Source: Ascidiella aspersa (Eukaryota). From it: a stretch of DNA of 64,000 bases. Every line of letters begins with the position of its first letter. Position 1 is the first letter of the stretch. The position numbers were made by a program, and so were the translations under genes. The notes under the pieces were generated by a model that saw only the letters and a list, made by a program, of their open reading frames with translations, was not told the DNA's origin and ran no database searches. Shown in pieces: positions 1 to 13,000 of this stretch. The stretch is taken from contig OZ004615.1 in assembly GCA_963924565.1 (NCBI GenBank), positions 22,382,001-22,446,000 of the forward strand, given 5' to 3'.

Positions 1-469
1 TAAATATGTTTCGCCGGCAAAGACATCGTCAGTATCGGTCATGTTCAAATGGTGGATCGCGACCCGTTCCGGATCTTTTCAGCGTTTTGTGCCGATTTTC
101 TAACTAGTCTTAAAAAACAAACTTTCTACAGTGTTTTCATGTGAATACCAATTGTCAGTGTTAATGAATTTTGAAAAAATCAAGAATAAAACGAGGCTCC
201 CAAATGGTAATTTTTGTAAGCGTTTGAGGATATCAGTCAGCGACAGAAAGCCCCAATTCGATGCTATTGTAAGACCTAAAGTCAAAAATCAGCCCTTCGT
301 TACCGTTAATGGAAAACTTACTCAAAAATAGTGGACATATATTTTTTAACATTTTGTATTTTCGGCAATATAATAAAAACTTGCAAGAAATTTAACAGAA
401 ATGCCGGTATACCTAAAAAAATTGCCACTCGCTTCGCTCGCCACGTGCGCCCTGACTTAGAAAGGTTAA
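1..469. mobile_element. End of a non-autonomous DNA transposon with a TTAA terminus (piggyBac-like)
   Basis: Ends ...gaaaggTTAA with subterminal ctcgcttcgctcgc; the other end is outside the window. Confidence 0.3.
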
Positions 470-959
470 CAAACACTAAACAAGATCAAGTATTAAAGTT
501 GTCGCGTTTACATAAATAAAGCACCATAAAAATTAAAGCGTGTCCAATATGTTTACTATTCGTATTTGGTGGATCATCATGTTGTCAGGTTCGGCTGTGG
601 TGGATCATGGCAGAAATCATTTAAACACCTCTGGTATATATCATTAAACAACGAAACAGTATTAGTATTTTCTGACTTTACTGATCAGGATTTGAATCGT
701 TCAGACTTTGACTCATTTGCAGACTCTTAAAAATTAGTTTTCTTATTTTGGTTTAAAGCGAATTTGCTTTGGCGTCTCAAACGTATAATTTGACAAAAAA
801 ACATTGCGTTTTTAAACCGTTTTTAAGCGACTCGGTGTTATTCACTTTACAAAATACTTAACCATAATAATTAGTATTGTATTTGGCGTACATAGCGAGT
901 TTAATACTGCAATTTATTTTGAACACGATTCGGTAACGTAACACAAAATGGCGCAAATT

Positions 960-2325
960 CAGAGGTTCTTAAACTGGGGTCCGTGAAACCCTTTGGGGGT
1001 ACGTGTACTAGTTTTGGAGGGTCCATGAATAAATAAACGCTTTGACGCCTTCTCCTTAAATTTATTTTGACTTAATTTTAGATTTTTCACTTTTGTTGGA
1101 ACGAAAACAGCAGGTTTCTTTAGTCGGCTTGTTTTTTAACGTCATCCCTAAAAATTCTATACCGACCCTGGTCAACGCGAAACAAAAAAGTGGCTGTTTC
1201 AAAACAAAGTTTACCAACCCTAGGTCTAATTATTCGTGCTATAGCCTTTTCGTGCAATTGGACACGTTTATCAAAAAGTTGTCCCAAACTTGCATTTGAC
1301 AAAGTTAGCCGAAAATGAAAACCAACAACTATTGGGTTAAAAACCAAAGCAGAGGTTTAGTTAAATGCAGTGATGGGATATTAGGGTTCTCGAAACATTG
1401 CATTTTAACAACAACACGCCTGGCGCCAGGGAGCCCACACCCAATGTCACCCGGAACAGCAATAAATTGTCTACCAACTTGTCCGGTCCAAATAAGGATA
1501 GGAAGAGTCTGAAATTCGAATCGTCTGAATCCCCAAGCTGGATAAAACGCCGGGTAAACATTGAGTCACTGAAAATCTAGTTGCCTGTTTGCTGGGCCTT
1601 TTGCGCTAAAAATACGCTCAGCCGTTCGAGGTTCCAGGCTGTTAAACTTGAGATATTCCCACAACTAACGAACGGGGGATCCCCTTTGAGCGTGCAGGAT
1701 GCCATTGGAACTTAGGTTGTTTTTGCTAATAAGTTAGTTCTTGCCTGGTAATACCAGCACGAATAGGTTCGGCTGTTCGTGATGATTTTACGTGACTAAA
1801 ATACTTATAACGATGGTACTTGAATCCTGGCTTATTTTATTAATTGTGACAAATTTCCTCAGTGAAAAGATTTAAATTGCAAAACCAAGATTATAACCGG
1901 CGGCTATTAATTATTGCCAAAACATTTTTTGTCAGGATTATATCAACACTTGTTACATAAATTGTTGTGGTTCTTTTAAACTTTTGCCTAAGGGATTCTT
2001 AAACTGTTTTTAACGCGGACACCTAAGAAAATATTTTGGTTCGCGTTTTAAGCACAGTCAGCAAAAATCCTTTTACGTTGTTAAGCAAGAAAACTTAAAG
2101 AAACCTACTGTTTTCGGCCAGACAAATGTAAAAACTGAAATGGATTCTAAATACTTTCAAGAAGAAGGTGCCAAGCGTTATTTTTTTATTAGTATATCTT
2201 TTTGTGAAAAAATGATTTTATCTTACACATATTACACCAATAATTTATTTAGACTTACATGGACCCCCTATAACTAGTCCACGTAGCCCAGGAGGGGACC
2301 ACGGACCCCAGTTTCGGAATCCGTG
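960..2325. mobile_element. Inverted pair of hAT-like MITE ends (960-1027 and 2258-2325), with a further TIR-like start near 1990
   Basis: cagaggttcttaaactggggtccgtg...actag...gggtccatg is the diverged reverse complement of catggacccc...ctagt...cacggaccccagtttcggaatccgtg. No TSD found. Confidence 0.6.
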
Positions 2326-3497
2326 ACCTATAGAAATCTGAGTTACAACCCTTAGGTCTATCTATAGAAATAAAAATACGAGATTTCTGTTATATATATA
2401 GAGATGAAAATACGAGATTCCCCAATTATGAATGCAATAAACAAGAAACTTCAAAAATGTTGTCTTTGTAAATCGCCGTAGGTTTGTCTAATTCTCAATC
2501 GGGTCAAGACCTAATAAAGCTTGTGCAAAAGCTTGTCAAGATTATTCAAAAAACGTTGTGGTTTATGACTTTTTTACCGTTACTGTTTTAGATACACGCC
2601 GTTAACTTCCCACGGTCTCAATGGCGGGAAGGTCTGGCGATTGGTTGTAAGAATAACCTTGACCGGTCGGCGGTGGTAAAGAAGGGCTTTCCGATGAAAA
2701 ATTCCGATGTAATTAGTCGGTAATTGCTCAGCGGAGCGTGACTTTCTGGACTTGAGTCATGCGAAGCCGCGGACCATCGATAAACCGAAGTCTGGATTAT
2801 TTGATCAGCTACAGCGCAGATGTAAACTGTTTATGCCAGTGGAGGTAAATTTTAAACTACAGCCATTGCTGTTGAAAGTCGAAATAGTAATGGCTTTTTC
2901 GTTAAGCATAGATTTTAAGTTAAAAATGTTGGAGTAAACTTTTATTTCTATAGATGCGATATAGAAGGGTATTGTTTAAAAAGGAAGACTTTTGTTGAAA
3001 TGGTACGCCGATAATGGTTTGGCACAGAATTGGATTCGTTGTTGTACCTGTTTTTTATTATGCTCTGCAGACGCAGTTAACCTTGTTTCATGTTTCAAAA
3101 TGTACCACAATGACGGTAGAGTTTGCGTTGGCAGTATGTTATTCCATTTTTAACACTTTCTTTATTTCAAAAAGTTTTTTCTGAAACTGGTAAAATTTGC
3201 CGATGTTTTAAAAATGCGATCAAAACCACCGAAAATGGAACAAGAAAGTTTAACTTTTTTGAAATATTTGCTGCTTATAATCAAAGTGTTGATCGATAGC
3301 TTTATTCGTTCAGCCTACAGTTTTCGTAAGAACTTGAGATAAATCTTTAATTTAGGTAGAATATGCTTTATACATGTTTTTGTTTTTGACTCTGCGAACT
3401 CTATTTTACATTAGCATATTGTTATGTTCGGCTGCGTAAGAAATTGATTGCGTATTCGATTCTCCAATGTATACTTGTTGCCCTGGGAATTTCAGTA

Positions 3498-3965
3498 TTA
3501 GCTTCGTGAGTTAAACTGCATTGGCGTCGAAATTACTATTGACGTTTTATAAGTATTGACCTTTTTCAGGAAGTTAGAAAAAGCGTATACCTTGGCTTAC
3601 AGCGAACGTGATGTGCATCGCAATTAACGGGAGAGTTAGTTAGCTTTCTTGCAAAGGATTAGCTTCGTGAATTAAACTACATTGACGTCGAAATTGACAT
3701 TGACCTTTTTCAGGAAGTTAAAACAAGCGTGGTATTACCTTACCACAAACGCGGTGCACTTTATGTGTTACAGTTAACGTAATTGGGAGAGTAAGTTAAC
3801 TCTCTTATTGCAAAAGAATTAGCTTCGTGAGTTGAACTACATTGGCGTCGAAATTATTATTGACATTTTATAAGTATTGACCTTTTTTCACGAACATAAA
3901 ATAAGCGTGATATTACCTTACTGCAAACGCAGCCCGCTTTACGCGTTACAGTTAGCGTAATTAGA
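3498..3965. repeat. Tandem repeat, ~160-bp unit x3
   Basis: ttagcttcgtga.tt.aact.cattg.cgtcgaaatt recurs at 3498, 3659 and 3819. Confidence 0.9.
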
Positions 3966-4361
3966 AGCGTAAAGCCTTCAGTAATTTGCGCAAACAGACT
4001 GCAAAACTGCGTCTGGCAGAAAAGCGACGCGAAATAGCTTTTCTCACAGCAAATATCGCCTGGTCGGTTTCCCACCAGTCTGCCTTCGAAAGTTGAAAAA
4101 CATCGCAGGTGGTTGGAATCACAGAACCGCTGAATCGAGGTATATAAACAGATTTAGACAACTCTACACAATTCTATAGGATTATACTTCATCATTTTCA
4201 TCGCCTTTTACACGCGTTGGTGCTTAATTGCTTCTATTTGTACTTTGACCTGATGAAGCACGGTTGTGCGAAAGCTTGTCAAAATTTCAATACAATTGGT
4301 ATATAAACATGGTGCCATAGTATTACCCAAATTAGAACTGAAATAGGCCATTTATATATAC

Positions 4362-4869
4362 ATAATTCTAGTAAATGTAACGAATTAGAATAAAATGCGG
4401 CTAATTCTAATTGTAATCTAATTTGTGAATGCCTTGGGTGATTTAATTCTAGTTCGAATCCAATTTGGATTTTAATAAAAATTCTACTTTGTCCAACAGT
4501 ATTTTTAGTTTCCAACTCGAAACAAAAATGTGAATTAATATACTCTTTGGTGGGAACGACGTGACAGGTGATTTTCACATTCTGAAAAGCATAGGCTATG
4601 CTAAAACGTATGATAATTAGCACAGGGATACTTGCCATTGACATTCTTATAAGAATAAATCGAGATTTAACCTAAATTAGTTGTAAATCGTTAAGTGTAA
4701 TTTAGCTCATATATTCTGGTTTTCAAAAACTCAGTAATTCGAATTTCATCTAAATTTGAGCGAACGAATATGATCTGATTTTAATCTAGGTGGAACAACT
4801 GAAATGCTCTAATTTTAATTTTAATCCAATTTTAATAACGTAAAATAAATCTATACTTGTCCAAGAATG
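4362..4869 (-). mobile_element. Diverged inverted copy of the 5348-5876 MITE
   Basis: Reverse-complement matches throughout (for example ctactttgtccaacagtatttttagt) and a terminal ttgtccaag. Confidence 0.75.
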
Positions 4870-5347
4870 TATTAAAGTCCGCATTTAAACGTCACGTTTG
4901 TTGCAGCATATAACATACGTACAAAAAAAAAAGTACAAAAAATAAACGTTGCTTGGGCACTTTTCTTTTACCAACGATGACAGACGTATAGTGCAATGAG
5001 TAACAAGTTATACTTAGCTGCAAATATGTGAAACGAAGCGAACGAATTAGGTCTTTGTTTTGCTGAAAATGACCATAGTGCAACTATAACCATACTTGTT
5101 AAGAGTGAGATAACCAGTTTTGACTTAATCAATAGATCTATGTGTTTCTCGCTGCAGACAGCAATTTTCAATTCAGAAAAAAACATTTACACGTAGCCTA
5201 TATTGTTATTTATTTCTTCTTAAATTTAATAAAATATGTCTAACCTACCGATCGCTTCATATCTTTTGGTCAAATAAAATGTATTTTACTCGAGCAACTG
5301 TTTTACTCGACTATAAGATGAGTCACAAAAATAGCGATAATAGAAGG

Positions 5348-5876
5348 CAGACTTGGACAACTAGATTTATTTTATCTTTTTTGAAAATGAATTTAGAATT
5401 AAAATTAGAGCATTTTAGTTTTTCTTAATTAGATTAGAATTAAAATTAGATCGTTTTGAGTTTTCTCAAATTAGATTAGAATTACCGGATTCCTAAAATA
5501 TGAAGTTTTAACTAGAATTTGAACTAGAATCACATTTAATTATTTACAAACAATTTAATTTAACCGCAATTTATTCTTATAAGACCGTGAATGGTAGTTA
5601 TGTGTGTGTTATTTTTTATGCCTTTCAATGTTTTTTAGACTGTAAAAATACATACAAGACGTTCCAACCAAAAAATTATAATTGAAATTCTGTGTTTAAA
5701 CTGAGAGACTAAAAATGCCGTTGGACAAAGTAGCATTTTTGGTAAAATTCGAATTAGATTAGAATTAGAATTAGACCATTTAAGCAGTTCACAAATTAGA
5801 TTAGAACTAGAATTAGCCACATTTTGCTCTAATTTAATGAATTAGAAAACTAGAATTATCTAGTTGTCCAAGTTTG
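5348..5876 (+). mobile_element. hAT-type MITE with AGAATT/AGATT subterminal repeats
   Basis: 18-bp TIRs cagacttggacaactaga / tctagttgtccaagtttg; 8-bp TSD atagaagg / atagaggg. Confidence 0.85.
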
Positions 5877-6727
5877 ATAGAGGGTTCGAGCACCCGCATT
5901 GGACTCATCTCTACAGTAAAAGTAAGCAATGGTGAACAAATCAGTTTGGTCCCATTTAAGCAGTAAATTAATGAAATGATTTCATTCAAACAAAAAATAT
6001 TTTTTGTTTTTTGTAATAATATTATAAATATATTATATTTTTTGTTTAAGATCTGCATTAGTCGAACCACAACGACAAATACCTTTTGCCGCTTTTGTCA
6101 AAGTTTCCACTTAAACTTTTTATATTAACAACATTTCATACGGGTAGTGAAGTTATCAAACTGTTTTTTTCTAACTGTTAATTAACAAAGGTTTTCTAAT
6201 AATGATAATAATAAATATAGCAATAGCCAGCATGTTGTTGTTTTAATATATTCTCTTTTATAAACATTTTCTTTATCATAAAAATTGTTCTCGGCCTTAC
6301 GTTAAATCCCACTACTGTGTTTCCTGAAGCAAACATGTTATTGTCTCACAATCTGTATCGAGTTCAAACTGCATCTTTTTGGGCCGATTAGGAAACCTAA
6401 CGCAGGTTTAGTCAAGATAGATTGGTTAAACAATCGTGCTTTGTCCGAGACGCCACACGTAACAATGGGCCGCGCGCGGAAGCGCTTTGTTTCTGGCGAT
6501 GTAAGTGTGGGATGTAATCCCCGATGACAAAATTCTCGAAGTTGAAAATCCGTCGGTGTCATTCATTCCTCAATGAAAGTTGTTCTTAACCTTTGTAGTT
6601 TGGTTGGGAACACATATCAGGCCTACAAAGCAACAGTATCTAAATGGGAACTATAATATTAAGATTAACGACATGACAAAGTCGAATACATAGTAATATC
6701 CATGAGAAAATCACACCTAAATTGTCT

Positions 6728-6818
6728 GAATAAGCACTAAACCTGTGGGAATAAGTCTTAAATTCACCAGAATAAGTCCTAAATTCACCAGAATAAGTCC
6801 TAAATTCATCGGAATAAG
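6728..6818. repeat. 21-bp minisatellite (gaataagtcctaaattcacca), five GAATAAG anchors
   Basis: GAATAAG at 6728, 6749, 6770, 6791 and 6812. Confidence 0.9.
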
Positions 6819-7284
6819 GGGGGTGATTAGGGGACAACTTTTGTCCGTTTTAGTATCGACGTTTGGGTGCCTTAGTTTAAACGTTGCCGTTGGTGTGTAG
6901 CTGTTTTCGCACCCGGATTTTTTAATTATTTAGGTATTATAGTCCTATTTTGTCTTATTCAGAACTGTGTCTTATTCCGACGCTGTTGTTGTTGTTCTGG
7001 TTTCGCTATTTTAGCTTAGAAAATAGCAATAAAGGTAATAATCTTTCCCCGCCGGGCTAAAGTATTTTTTAGCCTAACAAACTTTTACTATAAAAAATGT
7101 TTTAATTTGATTAACTATGCTTATTTGACCATATAAATGACGTAGTTTTGCCTAAAATATCGGCTATCGGTTTCCGGAAATCCTACGAACAAAATTGTGG
7201 GAAATATTTAACGCTAAACACACACTTGAATTACATCTGTGTAATAATTCATTTTACAAACATGAAAACCATAACTTGGTGAAT

Positions 7285-7495
7285 GTCAAAGAAAAATAGG
7301 TCGGGTATATCGACATCATCTGAAAAAAGCCATTTCAATACGCACTTGTATTACCACCAGTTAATGTGACTGATTTTTTCCCAGCACCCTTTATAAAAGA
7401 ATAGATATAAGTGGGTATTAAAACATCGGTTTTAAGATGATGTCGATTTGCTCTACATTCAATTTCAAGCTGCAATACAGATCCGTGCACAGCGT
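7285..7495. repeat. Dispersed repeat family (tcgacatcatct); further copies at ~32455-32540 and ~38208-38340
   Basis: gtcgagtagatcgacatcatcttgatta is identical in the 32k and 38k copies; tacagatccgtgca is shared by 7477 and 38321. Confidence 0.75.
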
Positions 7496-7851
7496 TGGCT
7501 ACACATAAGTAAACGGTTGGTTCCGTATAGCGTTCCAGTGGAAGATTTTCGGTAGATCGGTTACCAGGAATTATCCGGCGAGTTAGTAGTACCGCGCAAT
7601 TACTCGACGGTTAACCCGTATGACGTCATACATCAGCTGATTGCGATCGAACGTGCCTCCCCTTGCAGATTGTAAATTTTACGGTGGTGAAAAATAGGTG
7701 CCGCCGCCTATGGCTGATACAGATTTAAAAATAATCCTGTTTTGTTGTATATTATAGTGAATGCTATACCTACAGAATACAACTCAAGGTTTATTTCGGT
7801 AGGCTTTGATATTCATTTACGTCTATATCTTATTAGTGTTTTGCAGTTTGT

Positions 7852-8418
7852 ATATTTTGTTTGTTTTACAGTTAAAAATTAAAATATATTGGCTTAAGTG
7901 ATGACTTGTCCTAAAAATCTAATCTTGAAGCTTTACATATATTGTTTTTTCTGAATTAGCTTTTTTATTTTTGAAATTTAATTGAACTCTTATTTTGTAT
8001 CCCACATTTTTCATAAATTTCCGGCTACTTCTTGCGTTCCAGACAGAATTCAACGGTAATATACCAAATATACAATACCGAAGAGTAACACTTACACATT
8101 AATTTAACGAGTCCGAACATAAAATTAAGGGGATTTAACTATTTGGTTCGCCTCGTAAAAACGATTTCCCAGAATATTTTGTTTGTTTTACAGTAAAAAA
8201 TCAAATATAAGTGATGACTTGGCCTAAAAACTTATTTTATTGAAGTTTTACATATATCAATTTTCTGAATTAGCTTTTTTTGTTTTGTAAATTTAGTTTT
8301 TATAAAATGACCCAAATTACATCTTTTTTGGTTGCTTTTTACTTTTCAAACAAAAAACATTTTCAACGGTAATATAGGCTATACTTAACTACTTTGTTGG
8401 CCTCGTAAAAACGATTTC
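7852..8418. repeat. Direct tandem duplication (7852-8168 / 8174-8418)
   Basis: Shared atattttgtttgttttacagt, aagtgatgactt, ttttctgaattagcttttt and gcctcgtaaaaacgatttc. Confidence 0.88.
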
Positions 8419-8429
8419 AAGCGGGAAAT

Positions 8430-8880
8430 TCAAATCACGTAGCAGTTAACAAATCCCAGCGAAAATCAAAATCGAATGTTCCCCACGGCTTTCAATTCAA
8501 GGCAGCTAAACGTTCTGGCCGCATTCTGGTTGTCACCTGTCGCCAAATTGCCCTTGAACGCGCCTCAAAAACAAAAAAGAGTCGCGACCGGCCTCGAACG
8601 CACCCGAGTCGCCAGCGCGCGCCGCGATAAGGCAATAAAATTGGCAATTTCAAGCTCGCTCGTAAAGTACGTGGCCGCGTGGACCGTGACGTCATCGACC
8701 GACGACCTGCCTTTTTTTCGAGGCGAGCTTTTTAAGGCGGGAGCAAGGCGATTTGGGCTCTTATTCGATAAAGGATTGAGGCGACGCAAAAAGCAAGGTG
8801 TCTCTAAGGTGCGTGGCTCACATCGCCTCTTATTTCTGCTTGAGCTTCCAAGGTTGTTTGGCTTTTCTTTGCGTAAGGTT
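8430..8880 (+). promoter_or_regulatory. CpG-rich candidate promoter or non-coding first exon of the cyclase gene
   Basis: CpG-dense block about 0.6-1 kb upstream of the ATG, perfect CRE TGACGTCA at 8687-8694, possible donor GTAAGG at 8873. Confidence 0.45.
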
Positions 8881-9352
8881 AAGAGATTTTATTTTAATAA
8901 GGAACTGACGATGCCAGTGGACAAACTAATTTTGTGCTATATGGCTTGTGGCGAGATTTGCGAGCTCTGTGATATTACTGGTATTTAGTCAGAAAACAGG
9001 CTTGTTTTAACTTGCTTCTTGATCCATTTATGCATGAAGACAGCACTGTAATTGATACTTAAGCAAAAGCAGATAATTATTTCATAATATAATATGTATT
9101 AGTATCTTAGTTAAGAGTTCAAACACACAACAGACTAAGCCTCTATAGTCTCACCTTTCTGTATTTACATCCTAAAAGCCGGTAGATTATTGTTTTTTTT
9201 TCCAAGGCTGGCAGTATATAGCGTATGCTACAAAATCTTACAGACTATTGAGAGATTGGAACGTCGTACAAGATTATTTGCTGTTTATATTGTTTTTGTT
9301 AAGGATGTTCATTTGCTGAAACCCAACCGCACTTTTGTCGTCGAATTTACAG

Positions 9353-9465
9353 GGCAACAATAGGGTAAACGCACAAGCACCTATACAAGGTTATACGATC
9401 TGCAACGGGAACCGCTTATTTTGAATAAAGTTCGCCCGAAAAAAGCAGCTCTGAAATTAAATAAA
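9353..9465 (+). other. 5' UTR portion of the first coding exon, after a splice acceptor at 9352
   Basis: tttacag ends at 9352; no ATG between 9353 and 9465. Confidence 0.55.
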
Positions 9466-10001
9466 ATGAGCCCTCTGTTCGTCTTATTCCTAACGGTGAT
9501 AGCAACTTGCGCGATCCGCGTCAGAAGCGTCGCTCCGGGCCGACAGATAAACATCACGGTCATGGTTCCGGGGATAGAGGCCCTGAGGTACCTGGCGCTG
9601 GACTCGGAACCGCTTCCTGGCCAGCCGGAACCAAATGGTGCCGAGTACGCGGCGTCGTACGACTCGGAACCGGACTACGGCGATAGTTACAGAGACGAGG
9701 ATCCAGCACAAGAAGACAACTCTTCAACCGGAGGCGATTTCCAGTCAAAAATCGACGAGAGCCAAGTGGAATACGACGGAGAGTATTTGCACAACTACTG
9801 TATCGACGAAGATACGGGTTTGCCGGACATAGCCTGCCTGACCCGGGATTATAACGTCTACCCCTGGTCGTACGTGTTCGCCAAGCCGGCGCTCGAAGTG
9901 GCCCTGGACACAATACACAACACCCCGGGACTGTTGGACGACTTTCGCATCCAGCTGCGTTACTTCGACTCGAGCAACGCCAACGGATTCGCCTCGTCCA
10001 G
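9466..10001 (+). CDS. Coding exon 1: signal peptide, ectodomain start, acidic insert (MSPLFVLF...NANGFASS)
   Basis: ATG in A-rich context (ataaaATG), hydrophobic signal peptide, YPWSY..PALEVAL motif, donor AG|GTGAGT, phase 2. Confidence 0.93.
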
Positions 10002-13000
10002 GTGAGTTGACGGCGATCATGCAAATTGGCCGAACTACCTTATTCTTGGGAAGCGAGTTAGCGACAAAAAAGTCGGTCATTTTAATTGAAAGGACTCTTT
10101 AATCAATCTTTGGAGCATAATGGTTGGAGGTTGTTGTAAGAATATCAAAGCTTATACCGAAGTAGATATCATTTTGATCGTTTCGAATAACTTTTTATTT
10201 ATTTTCAACATCAATTCGAAACGTTCAAAATGATACCTTCGTAAGGTCTTTATTCTTACTATGTTAAATCAATCTCTTTTGGGAATTTTATTTCTTTTTA
10301 CCTCTTCCCTTTATGAGAATCGATCTTTAAATTAAAACGACCCAATAATTTCGTTTTCAAATCATTAGTTTTCGGATAGAGTGAGTGACCGAAAGCTTAA
10401 AAACCGATCTCTCATGTAGGTTACACCACACGTGCTGTCGCATTTAAATAAGCTCACTTAATTCGATTCCATCTTGATTGTTTTTTACGACAAAAATATG
10501 TTACAATTTGCGAAAATTGAATACCTTTTTTTTAAAAATCCATAAGTAAGACTCTTCTGAGTACAGTTTAAAGAAAGCACAAGCGAACGTTCGTGAAATA
10601 AGTGTCTAACTTAAATACCGCATTAGATTAAATATTTGACGAGAAAAACCCTGAAAATGTGTTTTGTGCATGCGCATAATTTAGTACAATGGCAATGTAT
10701 AGAAACGTCCTTTCGTGAAAGTCAAATATACTTATTTAGTCAAGGGTAAGTTAGAGGACGTAAAGTTTGACTCGTTTGCGAACAAGTTTCGGCGTGATTT
10801 ATTTACTGTGAAAGACCAGCACGACGAATCACCAGCGGAGTCAGATTAATGACACTTTTATCTAATCTCGACTCGATCGGAGTTTTTCGACAGAGGCGAC
10901 TTTGAATTTAGCATCGAATTATTAGTCATTGTGTATTTTTGGTGCAACTTTAACCTTCTGTCCAGACGATATCCAAAGTGGAAGTAGCTTTCTAGCACTT
11001 GTAGTCAAAAGTAGCTCTGACATTTACACTGAGATAAACCTGAAGCAATTCTGACTTACATAAGGGCGGAGAAAATTTTCAGCTCTCTGAAGTCTATCGC
11101 TGATAAGTATTGTAAGGGTCACGATGTAACACAAGAGTTACATATAAATATGCTGTGGTCGCAAGGCTTGGTATACTATAAAGAGATGCTCTTCTGAAAA
11201 CTTTTTATTTATTTACCCGACGTTACATAATATACAGTTTACATAGGACAAAAGCTATAATTTTTTTTTTTTCTTTTGTGATAACTAAACATACCGCTTT
11301 ATTATATTTATTATAATCGACAAAAAAACATTTGTTTCCTACCATTATCAAAATGGCGTCTTTTTAATCGCAATGTTTTAAATTCCAATATTCTACTAAT
11401 ATTTTTTTAGGAATTCTATATAAATATGTTGACAATTGTTCTGTTATTTCTCCGCTAAGCCCAAAAAACACGACATCTGTTTAACCTCAAGGTGCTTATT
11501 GTCTTCGAATTCTTCTTTCCGAAACCCGTCTGTGACGTCATATCTAACCCGACTGACGTCAGAGGCATTTTATTGCCGGTTCTGTAATCTACAGTGACAG
11601 CGGACTAAATTACTTGAACCTATTTTGAAAGGATAGTGCAATTTAGACCACCCGCTTGCCCGCGCCTTACTGCTTAACAGTTTTTGACACAAATAATAAA
11701 ACACGCAATCAATGCATATTTATTCTGTTAATATAGGTAAACGAATTTTGAACTAATTTGTCTTTGTGATCGAATGGGTCACTTTTTCGTTTCTATTATT
11801 ACTTTCGTTGTTTTAATTGTATTAATGGTCAAAGGATACACTTATATCTAAACAAAATTCAATCTAAACAAGATTTATAAAACTTTTTTAACTTTCGCAC
11901 AACATGTGTCGGTCCAGTGAGGTTAGAAAAATAAAATCGCATAGATTTTAATCTGAGATTCGCGTTTACGTGCGTATTTCCTTTGAGATAACAGCTAAAA
12001 TAGATTTCGCAAACCCCCAATCCCACTTTGATGTGATAGTGGTAAAAGCTTGAAAATACCAGTTTAAAAACGCGTCAAAATTATAAGTCAAAGGCCACGG
12101 GTAGATGCATTTCAGGACTTTATGGCCAACATTTGGTAAAGTCTATTTGCTTTGGGTAAAAATTCAGACTTTAATACATCACCTGAGGTTTCAATTTTGG
12201 ATTTGTTGGTTTATTTTGCGATTTGTTGGTTTATTTTGTGGGCTTTTAAATTTATACGTAAGTCAAGATTTTCAAAACCGTCAAACAATCCAGCAGGACA
12301 TGCGAAATTCCATTTAGAAAAATATGTGCAAAAAGATAAACGAATCTTCCCTGGGCTCTATAGGTCAGTTGTGCTGATCGTAGATTAGATTTACAATTAT
12401 CCAAACGCGAAGAAAAACGAATTAACACATCCGCATTTAAACTCGCCATTTCCCCGAAAGCCATGCAGTTTCCAAATAAACAAAAGATGACCCAAGGATT
12501 GCGTCTTATCGCCGTCCGCAATCGACCTTCCTCGAAAACAAAATTTTCAGCAATTACTTTTGTCGCCAAATGGCTGCCAGCGATTCCGGCCCGATAGCGA
12601 TTCGCAGTTTCCGGCCCGGAATGACAAAGCAGAGATAAGGGTAATGGAGCCGGCGGCCCACGGCGTGAAGTTCGTCTGTTTTCCGAAGTCCTCCTGTGAG
12701 TCGCGAAATTGCAGTCGCTTGAAAATCGCCGCTCGAAATTCCGCGGGTCATTTCGGAAGAATTTTCGAATTGCGAAGAGCGTCGTGCGTCGCTTTGTTGT
12801 GGGCGCAGAAAAACAATGGTAATTTCGTTGACGATTGTCCCGGGATTTTTTGCTTGTGTCGTTAAGGACGCGAAAGCTATGTTTGCAGTGAGACGGCTCT
12901 GGCTTGCACGACGAGGCAGTTTTAGACACTTATGTTAAACGGCCTTTCATATTTCATTGTTGCTAAAAATAACTTTTTGTGAACTGAAATGAAGATTGTG

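Noticed and set aside
8476-8988. 170-aa plus-strand ORF over the candidate promoter
   Set aside because: No homology signal or splice context; explained by local GC content.
9421-9465. TTG start given in the ORF track
   Set aside because: Eukaryotic gene; ATG 9466 directly precedes the signal peptide.
9490-10080. Antisense ORFs over exon 1
   Set aside because: Shadows of the GC-rich coding exon.
12252-12929. 225-aa minus-strand ORF
   Set aside because: No recognisable domain, Arg/Ser-rich composition typical of a GC-rich non-coding block, non-ATG start.
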